A stretch of DNA of 52,579 bases from a virus (Duplodnaviria; Heunggongvirae; Uroviricota; Caudoviricetes): IMG/VR virus record IMGVR_UViG_2684622554_000006, one strand, 5' to 3'. The notes below the pieces were generated by a model, which saw nothing but the letters and a program-made list of their open reading frames with translations, was not told where the DNA came from and made no database searches. The translations under genes and the position numbers were made by a program. Shown in pieces: positions 16,799-26,082 of this stretch. Every line of letters begins with the position of its first letter. Position 1 is the first letter of the stretch.

Positions 16799-17851
16799 AT
16801 GAATCTGGTGATGTCAGATATTACCCGCAACAAGCTGGGTTGCTATATGGCGCAGCAGGCGTCGCTTAACAATATCCCGGTATCTGCACTGGTATCGCGA
16901 TTTACCGTGGAACCCGCGGTGCAGCAGCGTTTTGAAAACGCCTCAAAGGAAAGTACCGAATTTACGAAAAGAATTAACGTGATCGGCGTGACCGACCAGA
17001 AAGGCGAAAAAATCCTCCTGGACACCACCGGGCCAATTGCGCGCACGAATAGCAGTTATGACGGCATCAAACGCCGTAACCCGAATAACGTGATCGATAT
17101 GAAGTCTCGTCAGTACCAGTGCGAACAGGTGAACTACGATACCTTTATTTCGTACCCACAGCTTGATACCTGGGCGGCCCACAGCGATTTTCAGTCCCGT
17201 ATCAGTACACAGATCGCCCGGCAGGTAGCGCTTGATCGCATCATGATTGGCTTTAACGGCACATCCCACGCCTACGAGTCTGATTTTCACACCAACAAGC
17301 TGCTTCAGGACGTTAACGTGGGCTGGCTGGAGCACATCAGAACCGATGCCAGCGAGCGCGTAATGAATGACGTGACGCTGACCTCCCGCAACATGGACAA
17401 CACTGTGGCGCACGCGGGTAAGTATGCGAATGCCGATGCTCTGGTACAGGATGCGCGCTCATCCCTGCTGGATGAATGGCACAAGGAAGCTGACGACCTC
17501 GCGGTGATTATGGGGCGCAACCTGTTTAACTCGCTGCGTCTGCCCGTGCTGAACAGCATCAGCGGCCAGAATCCCAATGCGGAATTACTTGCCGGGCAGC
17601 TCATCCTGTCATCGCGCACCATTGGCGGGCTGGGCGTGTTCCTTGCGCCGTTCTTCCCGGATGCAACGATGCTTATCACCTCGTTCAACAACCTGTCGAT
17701 TTACTGGCAGAAAGGTTCAATGCGTCGCCTGATGAAAGACGAGCCGGAATACAACCGCATCGCCACCTACCAGTCCATCAATGACGCTTATGTCGTTGAA
17801 GACTATGGCAAGTGCGCGATGGTCACTGGCCTGAAGTTCGCCGACAGCTAA
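16799..17851 (+). CDS. N: Major capsid protein (P2 gpN family)
   Basis: 350-aa ORF after O with AAAGGAG RBS; size and position match gpN. Confidence 0.9.
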   Translation: MNLVMSDITRNKLGCYMAQQASLNNIPVSALVSRFTVEPAVQQRFENASKESTEFTKRINVIGVTDQKGEKILLDTTGPIARTNSSYDGIKRRNPNNVIDMKSRQYQCEQVNYDTFISYPQLDTWAAHSDFQSRISTQIARQVALDRIMIGFNGTSHAYESDFHTNKLLQDVNVGWLEHIRTDASERVMNDVTLTSRNMDNTVAHAGKYANADALVQDARSSLLDEWHKEADDLAVIMGRNLFNSLRLPVLNSISGQNPNAELLAGQLILSSRTIGGLGVFLAPFFPDATMLITSFNNLSIYWQKGSMRRLMKDEPEYNRIATYQSINDAYVVEDYGKCAMVTGLKFADS

Positions 17852-17896
17852 TCAACTCACGGCGGGCATCATGCCCGCCTGTAACGGAGAGAAAAA

Positions 17897-18697
17897 ATGA
17901 TTACTCCTGCACAACAACACTGGCAGAACGTGATGGCACAGCGCGCAGGCCGGGCGAATGAAGGTGTGGACCACGCCGCGTGTACCGCGCATGAAGAGGT
18001 GCTGTATCGTCTGCGTCTGGCACAGGCCAGGCTAAAGGCCATACAGGCCAGAAGCGCGAAAGCCGCCATCAAAAAAGAGTTGTTGCCGGACTTTTCCGGC
18101 TGGATTGAGGGAACGCTGGAGGCTGACGGCGGGCAACAGGACGAAGTAATTGCCACGCTGATGGTGTGGGCGATTGACTGCGGCGATCTTCCGCTGGCGC
18201 TGCGTATTGGTGCATATGTGGTCCGTCACAACCTCATCATGCCGGATAACTTTGGCCGTACTGCTGCCACGGTACTGACCGAAGAAATCTGCAACCCGGT
18301 ACTGACGCAGGCTGGGACGGATGCCGACGCGGATTTATCCGCCTTTATCGAACCACTGGACACACTTTGGGAAATTATCGCCAACCAGGACATGCCGGAC
18401 GAAGTGCGCGCCAAATTATGCAAGGCGTGTGCCTTTGCCCGTCGTGGCCTGACCGATGCAGACAACATGGCCTCATCACTGAAGCTGCTGCGCGAAGCGA
18501 TGCACCTGAACCCGAACGCAGGTGTGAAACGCGAGATTGCAACCCTTTCCCGCGCCCTGAAAAAAGCCGATTCCGCAGCCGAACCAGAAGACGCCAGCGC
18601 ACAGCAGGCGCAGGACGAAAGCAGCAAAAGTAAAAAGACAACGCGGAAGCCTGCAACACGAAAAACCACCGCGACGCAGAAGGCAAAGCGCGGTTAA
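17897..18697 (+). CDS. M: Terminase small (endonuclease) subunit (P2 gpM family)
   Basis: 266-aa ORF following N, with a basic C-terminal tail. Confidence 0.8.
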   Translation: MITPAQQHWQNVMAQRAGRANEGVDHAACTAHEEVLYRLRLAQARLKAIQARSAKAAIKKELLPDFSGWIEGTLEADGGQQDEVIATLMVWAIDCGDLPLALRIGAYVVRHNLIMPDNFGRTAATVLTEEICNPVLTQAGTDADADLSAFIEPLDTLWEIIANQDMPDEVRAKLCKACAFARRGLTDADNMASSLKLLREAMHLNPNAGVKREIATLSRALKKADSAAEPEDASAQQAQDESSKSKKTTRKPATRKTTATQKAKRG

Positions 18698-18713
18698 CGA
18701 CTGACCCCGTCAG

Positions 18714-18784
18714 CGGGCGGCGTGCGCGGTGTTCCGGTTTGACTCCGTGACCGTTTACACCGCGCACCCACCGCCCGATTTTTT
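18714..18784 (+). terminator. Long imperfect hairpin followed by TTTTTT between M and L (terminator/attenuator candidate)
   Basis: CGGGCGGCGTGCGCGGTGT ... ACACCGCGCACCCACCGCCCG then ATTTTTT, read directly. Confidence 0.4.
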
Positions 18785-18798
18785 CAGGAGTGAACCCC

Positions 18799-19293
18799 AT
18801 GAGTATGGTTGCCAGAACTAACCCCGGCCCCGCAGAGGACGACATCACCGACACCGATGATGGCGATACCCGTATTTCAGCGGGTGCATTCTGGCCGGAT
18901 ATTGTGCTGCGCGAGCTGCGTCTGGCGGTACGACTGCCGGGCCGCGTGACCACCTCCCGCCTGCTGCATACCGCCACCGGGGCCATAGCACACGTTACCC
19001 GCGAGCTGGAAGCATGGCAGCAGGAACAACAGGCGGCTGGCTATCAGACGCTGGCCGATGTTCCGGCCCCTGTAATTAACGGAGAAAGCGTCAATCTCTG
19101 GCACTGGCGCAATGCTGTTTATACCGCCACACGCGCCCTGATTCTGGAGCGTTACCGCGATGCGGACACAACGGACAAGGGCGACCGCCGGGCGGACGCA
19201 CTGGATATACAGACATCGGATTTGTGGCGCGATGTGAGCTGGGCCATCTCTGACATTCTGGGACGACCGCGAATGTTTGCGGAGCTGTGCTGA
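18799..19293 (+). CDS. L: Head completion/stabilisation protein (P2 gpL family)
   Basis: ATG at 18799 with AGGAG RBS (track ORF starts at a GTG at 18790); WRDVSWAI...GRPR C-terminus resembles gpL. Confidence 0.85.
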   Translation: MSMVARTNPGPAEDDITDTDDGDTRISAGAFWPDIVLRELRLAVRLPGRVTTSRLLHTATGAIAHVTRELEAWQQEQQAAGYQTLADVPAPVINGESVNLWHWRNAVYTATRALILERYRDADTTDKGDRRADALDIQTSDLWRDVSWAISDILGRPRMFAELC

Positions 19294-19547
19294 TGAAAGT
19301 GAAGGCACTGGAAGGCGACACCGTGGATTCGCTCTGTTTCCGGTACTACGGCACGACACAGGGCGTCACCGAAAAGGTGCTGGATGCCAACCCCGGACTC
19401 TGTCAGCAGGTATTTCTGGACGCCGGGCAGGAAGTGGAGATGCCGGAGCCGGAGAAGAAGAAACGAGAAATGATTCAGTTGTGGGGGAGTAGCAGTGAGC
19501 ACCATTCAAACAGGGATCACAGAGCAGGTTATTGCGTGGCTCTTTGA
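19293..19547 (+). CDS. X: Tail protein X (LysM-like); 3' end uncertain
   Basis: MKVKALEGDTVDSLCFRYYG is a gpX-type N-terminus; ATG overlaps the L stop (TGATG). The ORF as given runs 53 nt into the holin gene, which a 1-bp change in the G-run at 19482-19486 would resolve. Confidence 0.65.
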   Translation: MKVKALEGDTVDSLCFRYYGTTQGVTEKVLDANPGLCQQVFLDAGQEVEMPEPEKKKREMIQLWGSSSEHHSNRDHRAGYCVAL

Positions 19548-19818
19548 CCACCTGCCAACGGTGTATGCAGTAGGCGCGGCGGTCAGCATTTCCGCGCTGA
19601 TGAGTCTTTATGACGGACGAACACTGGTTCAGACCGTAACGGGATCGCTGGCGTGCGGCGTTCTTGCCATGGCCGTGGCCGGGTCGCTGCGCTTCTTCGG
19701 GATCCCTGAGGATGCAGTGACGTTTTTTGGTGCCTCAATCGGTTTTATGGGCGCAGAGAAAGCACGCGACAAGGTTATTGCAATATTTGATCGCAGGGTG
19801 AAGGAGAGGAACGAATGA
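19495..19818 (+). CDS. Holin-like membrane protein (107 aa)
   Basis: GTG start; hydrophobic segments plus a charged C-terminus; sits immediately before the endolysin. Confidence 0.6.
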   Translation: MSTIQTGITEQVIAWLFDHLPTVYAVGAAVSISALMSLYDGRTLVQTVTGSLACGVLAMAVAGSLRFFGIPEDAVTFFGASIGFMGAEKARDKVIAIFDRRVKERNE

Positions 19819-20207
19819 GCAACACATTTAAATTCAGCAGCCGGAGCGAAAAGAATTTGCAGGGTGTAAATCCTGATCTGGTGAAAGTGACCCGACGGGC
19901 GCTGGAAATCTCGGAAGTGGATTTTGGTATCACCGAAGGATTGCGCAGTCGTTATCGTCAGAAGCAGCTCGTGACCACAGGCAAGAGCCAGACCATGAAC
20001 AGTCGCCATCTCACAGGGCATGCCGTGGATGTTGTGGCTTATGTCGGCAACCAGGTGTCATGGGAATGGCCGCTGTACGAAAAAATCGCAGCAGCATTCA
20101 GACAGGCCAGCCAGGAACTGAATATTCCGGTGGAATGGGGCGGCGACTGGAAGACCCTGAAAGACGGACCGCATTTTCAGTTACCACACGGAGCCTATCC
20201 GGCATGA
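19815..20207 (+). CDS. Endolysin, peptidase M15 family (L-alanyl-D-glutamate endopeptidase type)
   Basis: 130-aa ORF with an SRHLTGHAVD zinc-binding segment typical of M15/VanY-like phage endolysins; overlaps the holin stop. Confidence 0.8.
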   Translation: MSNTFKFSSRSEKNLQGVNPDLVKVTRRALEISEVDFGITEGLRSRYRQKQLVTTGKSQTMNSRHLTGHAVDVVAYVGNQVSWEWPLYEKIAAAFRQASQELNIPVEWGGDWKTLKDGPHFQLPHGAYPA

Positions 20208-20599
20208 AGCTCTGGCCCACGCTTGGCGTCGCTTTCCTTCTGATTACATCCATGCGTCTGTCGTGGTCGCTGGGCCGGGAGAACGCCAGAAACGAAGCGC
20301 AGGCCAGCACCCTGAAAAGTACCGTCGACACACTGAATATCATCAGCGCCGGGGTACAGGATATGCAGCAGGTGCTGGCTCAGCTCCGCGCGGAAAATCA
20401 GCAACGCAATCAGGACGGAGAGGTAAGACGTGAACAGCTACGCAACGATATTGCAAAAGATGAATGCGCCCACGCTTTGCCTGACGCTCGTTTTACTGAC
20501 AGGTTGCGCAGGCACGCAGAACGCGCCAGGGCCAGCGCCGTCAGTCCGGCTTATACCGCAGACGCTGACCATGCCGGTAACGCCTCCCCCCTTCCCTGA
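20204..20599 (+). CDS. Inner-membrane spanin (Rz/LysB-like)
   Basis: ATG overlaps the endolysin stop; N-terminal TM (MKLWPTLGVAFLLITSM) followed by a coiled-coil-like region. Confidence 0.6.
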   Translation: MKLWPTLGVAFLLITSMRLSWSLGRENARNEAQASTLKSTVDTLNIISAGVQDMQQVLAQLRAENQQRNQDGEVRREQLRNDIAKDECAHALPDARFTDRLRRHAERARASAVSPAYTADADHAGNASPLP

Positions 20600-20741
20600 C
20601 CCACCCACATGGGGAAACCTCGGAATATGGGGCGACCGCCTTCTGGATGCACTGGAAACCTGTAACGCGGATAAACGGGCCATTGCTGAACTGGATAAGA
20701 GAATAGCCGAACTGACACACCAGACGGGAGTAACACAATGA
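20460..20741 (+). CDS. Outer-membrane lipoprotein spanin (Rz1/LysC-like), embedded in the +1 frame of the i-spanin
   Basis: Lipobox LLTGC after a signal-like segment; proline-rich mature part; embedded architecture typical of Rz/Rz1. Confidence 0.6.
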   Translation: MNAPTLCLTLVLLTGCAGTQNAPGPAPSVRLIPQTLTMPVTPPPFPDPPTWGNLGIWGDRLLDALETCNADKRAIAELDKRIAELTHQTGVTQ

Positions 20742-22614
20742 CCAGTAAGAACTTTGCACTGATTACAGCCATGACACAGGCTGAACTGACTCAAAAGGTG
20801 AATGAACATCTTGCGAAAGGGTGGCATCTTCAGGGGAGACGCGGGTTGCCTACGAACCCGGCACCCCGTGGTATCTAATGCAGGCAATGGTGGCCGATGG
20901 CACTACAGACATCTCACCTGATTCCCCCCAGCACGGCAGCGTGCCGGAGTGGTATTACGTGGTGGTACTTGCTGGTCAATCCAATGCCATGTCATATGGT
21001 GAGGGAATGCCGCTGCCGGATTCTTACGATGCGCCCCACCCACGCATTAAGCAACTGGCCCGTCGCAACACAGTGACTCCCGGTGGTAAAGCATGCGCAT
21101 TTAACGACATCATTCCGGCAGACCACTGCCTGCATGATGTTCAGGATATGAGCGCACTGAATCACCCGAATGCAGACCTGAGCAAAGGGCAGTATGGCTG
21201 TGTCGGACAGGGCTTGCATATTGCCAAACGCCTGTTGCCTTACATTCCACAGAATGCCGGGATTTTACTGGTTCCATGCTGTCGTGGTGGTTCGGCATTC
21301 ACCCAGGGCGCGGAGGGGACATTCAGCGAGTCCACAGGAGCCAGTCAGGATTCGGCTCGCTGGGGTGTGGGTAAACCTTTATATCAGGACCTGATTTTGC
21401 GCACGAAGGCCGCATTGCAGAAAAACCCAAAAAACATGCTGCTGGCCGTATGCTGGATGCAGGGCGAATTTGACATGAGCGCCGCTACGTACTCACAGCA
21501 ACCTCCGCTGTTTACGGCCATGCTGAAACAGTTTCGTGCGGACATTACCGAGTTTAACACGCAGTGTCATGGAGGCAGAGCGGCAAGTGTGCCATGGATT
21601 TGTGGTGACACGACGTATTACTGGAAAAACACCTACGGCACGCAGTACGACACCATTTACGGGGCGTACAAAAACAGGGAGAGCGACAACGTTTTCTTTG
21701 TGCCGTTCCTGACCGATGGTAGTGGCAACAATACCTCCACCAACGCACCAACGGAAGATCCGGATGCTGCAAGTGAGGGATATTACGGTTCGGCATCCCG
21801 AACGAACAAAAACTGGGTATCATCAAATCGCCAGACGCATTTCAGCTCATGGGCGCGTCGTGGCATTATTCCCGATCGTATGGCAACCGCTATTCTGAAC
21901 GTAGCCGGTCGCACCTTAGCCTTCATCAGTGGTAAGGCACCGGAAATCAAACCCTCGCCCGGCGGCGACACGCCATCGGGGCCGTCTGAAGATGCATCCG
22001 TACGCACAATCTCCCTGTTGCCGACAGCCGGAGATGCTGCTGCGCAGGGCTGGAGCATTAAGAATGGCGGAATTCAGTTGTCAGAGGGTGTATTTAAGAT
22101 CACCAAGCAGAGCAATAAAGCCTGGTCCCTGACGCGCCCGGTGGATGACGCAGTCTCCCTGCTGACACGGGGTGGCAGACTGAGCTGTAAGTTTCGACTG
22201 TCAGGCGCACTGACCAACAATCAGTTCGGTCTGGGAATTTATCTGTATACCGATGTAGCGTTACCTGACGTCGTGGCGATGACCGGGACTGGTAACCCGT
22301 TCCTGATGTCGTTCTTCACCCAGACCACAGACGGCAAACTGAATCTGATGCATCACAAGAAAGCAGGAAACACAAAGTTGGGCGAGTTCGGGAATTACAG
22401 TAACGACTGGCAGACGCTGGAGCTGGTGTTCACCGCCGGCAGTGCCACGGTTACTCCGAAACTGAATGGAGTGGCTGGCCCGGCATTCCAGGTCATAAAA
22501 GACAGTCTGACACTGGGGCTGAATGCGCTGACGTTAACTGATATCACTAAAAATGCCGCGTACGGCGTCGATATCGGCAGCCTGGTGCTGGAAATCAATA
22601 ATCCCGCAGCATAA
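20741..22614 (+). CDS. DUF1737-SGNH/SASA esterase with C-terminal beta-rich domain (NanS-p-like 9-O-acetyl-sialate esterase candidate); domains separated by a frameshift as given
   Basis: N-terminal MTSKNFALITAMTQAELTQKVNEHLAKGWHLQG (20741-20887) is out of frame with the main ORF 20821-22614, which carries VVVLAGQSNAMSYGEG (GQSN serine block). Copy 2 (33506 onward) reads through this junction, so the break lies in the C-run at 20863-20869. Confidence 0.65.
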
Positions 22615-22637
22615 GGAAGAGCAGGAGAGCAAAACAG

Positions 22638-23104
22638 ATGCTTAAGACAAACAGTCTGCGAGAGTCCATGCTTCATGGGTGTCGGTGGTGCCAGGCTAAT
22701 CCCGAGAAATTCACCATTTTCGTGGAGAGCGGCAACATTGAAACGACCGGAGAAGCGCCCTCGTTTGTTTACCGCTATCAGATGGTGATGTTTGTCATGG
22801 ATTACGCCGGAGAGCTGGACGACCTCACGCTGCCGCTGCTGGCGTGGTTATCCGAAAATCAGCCACAGTTGTTGCTCAATCCGGAGCGTAATCAGGACAT
22901 CAAATTTTCTGCCGTTATCAATGACGATGACAGCGCCGATCTCCTGTTTACGCTCCCCTGCGGGAACGCGTTCGCATCACGCGCAACAGTCAGGGCACAC
23001 CGCAGGCAGAACACCTGCCGGAGCCAAAACCCCGTCTGCCTTCTTCCGAAGGCGACTGGTCGCATGTATTCCAGGATGTGACGTGGGGTGAAAGCGATGG
23101 ATAA
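22638..23104 (+). CDS. R: Tail completion protein (P2 gpR family), C-terminus frameshifted in this copy
   Basis: N-terminal 110 aa are identical to the copy-2 ORF (35468-35851) that continues to ...VTWGESDG; copy 1 has CCCC versus CCCCC at about 22966. Confidence 0.65.
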
Positions 23105-23732
23105 GGCATTCACCCGCGTGGATGAAACCTTTGAGGCTATCCGCGACAGCCTGAATCAGCAGGCCATCAATAACATCGCCAGAAAGCTGGCACAGGATTT
23201 ACGTCGCGCCCAGCAGGCACGTATCCGGTCACAAAAAGCGCCGGACGGGACCGAATGGACACCACGCAGACGCCGCGTAACCCGGATACAGGAGCGCATT
23301 CGCTTTATCTGGAATAACGAAGCACGCACGCTGAAAAACTGGCATCACGACACAGGGAAATACGGGCGAACCATTACCGGGTGGGATGAGGATAAAAACA
23401 ATATCCGCACGTTTTACCGGGATGACATCGACCGTTTTCTGGAAATACGCACCCGGCGCATCAACCAGGACAGCACAAAGCGCGTCCCCATGTTCGTAAA
23501 ACTGCGCACCGCCCGCTACCTGAAAGCCCGTGCAGATGCCTCCGGTGTGACGGTGGGTTACAGCGGCGTGGCCGCACGTATTGCACGCGTTCATCAGTTC
23601 GGTGAGCGCGATCAGGTTGCGCCGGGCATTTTCACCGATTACCCGGTACGTGAGCTGTTGGGTATCAGCCAGGCAGATGAGCGCCTGATTTATAACACGG
23701 TGCTGGGCCGGATTGCGGAGGCTGTACGGTGA
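23097..23732 (+). CDS. S: Tail completion / virion morphogenesis protein (P2 gpS family)
   Basis: ORF overlapping the R stop; position between R and V. Confidence 0.65.
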   Translation: MDKAFTRVDETFEAIRDSLNQQAINNIARKLAQDLRRAQQARIRSQKAPDGTEWTPRRRRVTRIQERIRFIWNNEARTLKNWHHDTGKYGRTITGWDEDKNNIRTFYRDDIDRFLEIRTRRINQDSTKRVPMFVKLRTARYLKARADASGVTVGYSGVAARIARVHQFGERDQVAPGIFTDYPVRELLGISQADERLIYNTVLGRIAEAVR

Positions 23733-24310
23733 GCGCAGAACTCATGCGACTGCTGAGCAACATCATCCGCACCGGGATCATCTCTGAAGTTGATGAGAAG
23801 TCCTGGCGCGTGCGCGTTCGCAGCGGCGAACTGGAAACAGGCTGGTTGCGCTGGAACACCACGCGCGCGGGAGCCTTCAATGTGTGGCTGCCGCCATCAC
23901 CAGGCGAACAGGTGGTAATTGCCTGCATTGGCGGCAACCCGGAAACCGCCATGATAATTGGCAGCCTGTGGAGTGATGCCAGTCCGGCCCCCGGCAAAAG
24001 CCTGAAAGAAATCGTGGTCAGCGCGCCGGATGGCGCGGTGTTCCGCTACGACGCAGACGCTGGCGCACTGAGCGCCAGCGGCATGAAAACAGCCACCCTG
24101 CAGGCATCCGTCAGCGTGACACTGGATACGCCCGTCGTGGAATGCACAAACCTTCTGAGAACGGCGACGCTTGACGTCACAAAAGAGGGAAAGATGAGCG
24201 GCAATATCACGCACAGCGGCGGCAATTTCACCTCAAACGGCATTACCGTGCATACGCATAAGCACGGTGGCGTTAAAGGTGGCAGCGATTCGACAGGAGG
24301 CCCGCAGTGA
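23729..24310 (+). CDS. V: Baseplate assembly/spike protein (P2 gpV family)
   Basis: 193-aa ORF in the gpV position of the V-W-J-I-H-G order. Confidence 0.8.
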   Translation: MSAELMRLLSNIIRTGIISEVDEKSWRVRVRSGELETGWLRWNTTRAGAFNVWLPPSPGEQVVIACIGGNPETAMIIGSLWSDASPAPGKSLKEIVVSAPDGAVFRYDADAGALSASGMKTATLQASVSVTLDTPVVECTNLLRTATLDVTKEGKMSGNITHSGGNFTSNGITVHTHKHGGVKGGSDSTGGPQ

Positions 24311-24657
24311 CAACCCGCTACACAGGAATGAACCCGGACGGGACGGGAAACCTGAACGATATGGAGCACCTGAAACAGTCAGTCAGGGACATCCTGATCA
24401 CCCCGCTGGCAAGCCGGGTTATGCGACGGGAATATGGCAGCCTTGTGCCTGATTTGATTGACGAACCCATGAATAACACCACGCGTCTGCAATGCATGAG
24501 TGCTGCCGTGATTGCGCTGACACGATGGGAACCCCGCATTGCCCTGGACGCCATCGACGTTGTCTGGAAGGCAGGAGGCCGCGCCGGGGTGACGCTGTCG
24601 GGCACTGTCATGCAGACCATGCAGAATGTTGAATTAACCATCACGCTGAGAGAGTAA
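24307..24657 (+). CDS. W: Baseplate wedge protein (P2 gpW, gp25-like)
   Basis: 116-aa ORF (GTG start) overlapping the V stop; size matches gpW. Confidence 0.8.
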   Translation: MTTRYTGMNPDGTGNLNDMEHLKQSVRDILITPLASRVMRREYGSLVPDLIDEPMNNTTRLQCMSAAVIALTRWEPRIALDAIDVVWKAGGRAGVTLSGTVMQTMQNVELTITLRE

Positions 24658-24660
24658 ATC

Positions 24661-25557
24661 ATGCCTGCTGTTGATCTTTCCCAGTTACCGGAACCCGCCA
24701 TCATCGCGGAGCCTGATTTTGAGGCAATTCTGGCTGACACAAAGGCCATGATGATTGCGTCCTATCCTGCCGAACAGCGTGAAGCCGTCTCCGCCGCGCT
24801 GGAGCTGGAATCAGAACCCCTGAACGTTATCGCTCAAACCATGTCGTTTCGTGAAATGCTGTTACGCCAGCGGGTTAACGAGGGCGCACGCGCCTGCATG
24901 TTAAGCCACGGTTCAGGGACAAACCTGGACAACCTCGCGGGCAATATGAACACAAAGCGCCTGGTTATCACTCCGGCAACGGATACCACCGACGCGGTGA
25001 TGGAGAGCGACACCTCGCTGAGACTGCGGGCGCAGCGGGCGTATGACGGCCTGAGTGTTGCTGGCCCGTCAGGTGCATACGAGTATTTTGCACGCAGCGC
25101 CAGCGGTCTGGTGCGTGATGCGCGGGCCATCAGCCCGTCTCCGGCCTGTGTGACGGTTTCCATTCTGTCCACTGAAGGCGACGGCACAGCAACGGAGGCG
25201 TTGCTTAATACCGTTCGCGCCGTTCTGAATGCAGAGGATACCCGCCCGGTGGCCGACCGACTGACCGTACAGAGCGCCAGCATCGTGACATGGCGGCTGA
25301 ATGCAAAACTGTACTTTTACCCCGGCCCGGAATCCGAACCTATTCTGGCTGCGGCTGAATCGTCGTTCAGGAAGTGGCTGGCTGAGCAGGGGCTTATTGG
25401 TCAGGACGTGGCGTTGTCAGCCATTGCTGCCGCACTTCATGTGCACGGCGTGCAACGCGTGGAGATAATCGAACCCACACAGAATATGGCCATCAGCGAC
25501 ATACAGGCGGCGCGCTGTGAGTCATTCACCATCAGCGAAGGTGGGCGTAATGAGTAA
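24661..25557 (+). CDS. J: Baseplate protein J (P2 gpJ family)
   Basis: 298-aa ORF; position and size match gpJ. Confidence 0.85.
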   Translation: MPAVDLSQLPEPAIIAEPDFEAILADTKAMMIASYPAEQREAVSAALELESEPLNVIAQTMSFREMLLRQRVNEGARACMLSHGSGTNLDNLAGNMNTKRLVITPATDTTDAVMESDTSLRLRAQRAYDGLSVAGPSGAYEYFARSASGLVRDARAISPSPACVTVSILSTEGDGTATEALLNTVRAVLNAEDTRPVADRLTVQSASIVTWRLNAKLYFYPGPESEPILAAAESSFRKWLAEQGLIGQDVALSAIAAALHVHGVQRVEIIEPTQNMAISDIQAARCESFTISEGGRNE

Positions 25558-26080
25558 TTCACTGTTACCGCCATCAGCCAGCAATTTCATGCGTTGCGCC
25601 GAAGCTGTCGGAGCGCGCATTACAGACATCCCGGTAGACCTCAACACGCTGTGGTCACCGGACACCTGCCCGGTGCATCTGCTGCCTTATCTCGCCTGGG
25701 CATTTTCCGTTGACCGCTGGGATCGCAACTGGCCGGAAGAGACAAAGCGACAGGTGATTCGTGATGCATGGCTGATACACCGACACAAAGGGACCATCAG
25801 CGCACTGCGCCGGGCCATTGAGCCGCTGGGATACCTCATTCGCGTGTCTGAGTGGTGGGAGTTCGGCGGAGAACCGGGAACATTTACCGTTGAAGTCGGC
25901 ACGCTGGACAGTGGCGTGACGGAGGAAATGTATCTGGAAATGGAGCGGTTGATTGCTGATGCCCGCCCGGTCAGCCGCCACATGACAGGGCTGAATATCA
26001 TTCAGGAGATTCAGGGAGATATTTTCGCGGCGGCAGCAACTTACGACGGCGAAGTCATTACCATTTATCCGGACGATTAA
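25550..26080 (+). CDS. I: Baseplate/tail protein I (P2 gpI family)
   Basis: ATG at 25550 gives 176 aa, matching gpI; overlaps the J stop. Confidence 0.8.
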   Translation: MSNSLLPPSASNFMRCAEAVGARITDIPVDLNTLWSPDTCPVHLLPYLAWAFSVDRWDRNWPEETKRQVIRDAWLIHRHKGTISALRRAIEPLGYLIRVSEWWEFGGEPGTFTVEVGTLDSGVTEEMYLEMERLIADARPVSRHMTGLNIIQEIQGDIFAAAATYDGEVITIYPDD

Positions 26081-26082
26081 GC

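Noticed and set aside
17861-17879. Perfect 9-bp-stem hairpin GGCGGGCAT-C-ATGCCCGCC between N and M as a terminator
   Set aside because: No U-run follows and N-M are co-transcribed in P2-family phages; more likely an mRNA structural element, so not annotated as a terminator.
18375-18986. 203-aa minus-strand ORF overlapping M and L
   Set aside because: Antisense to two conserved head genes; Arg/Ser-rich composition; no independent support.
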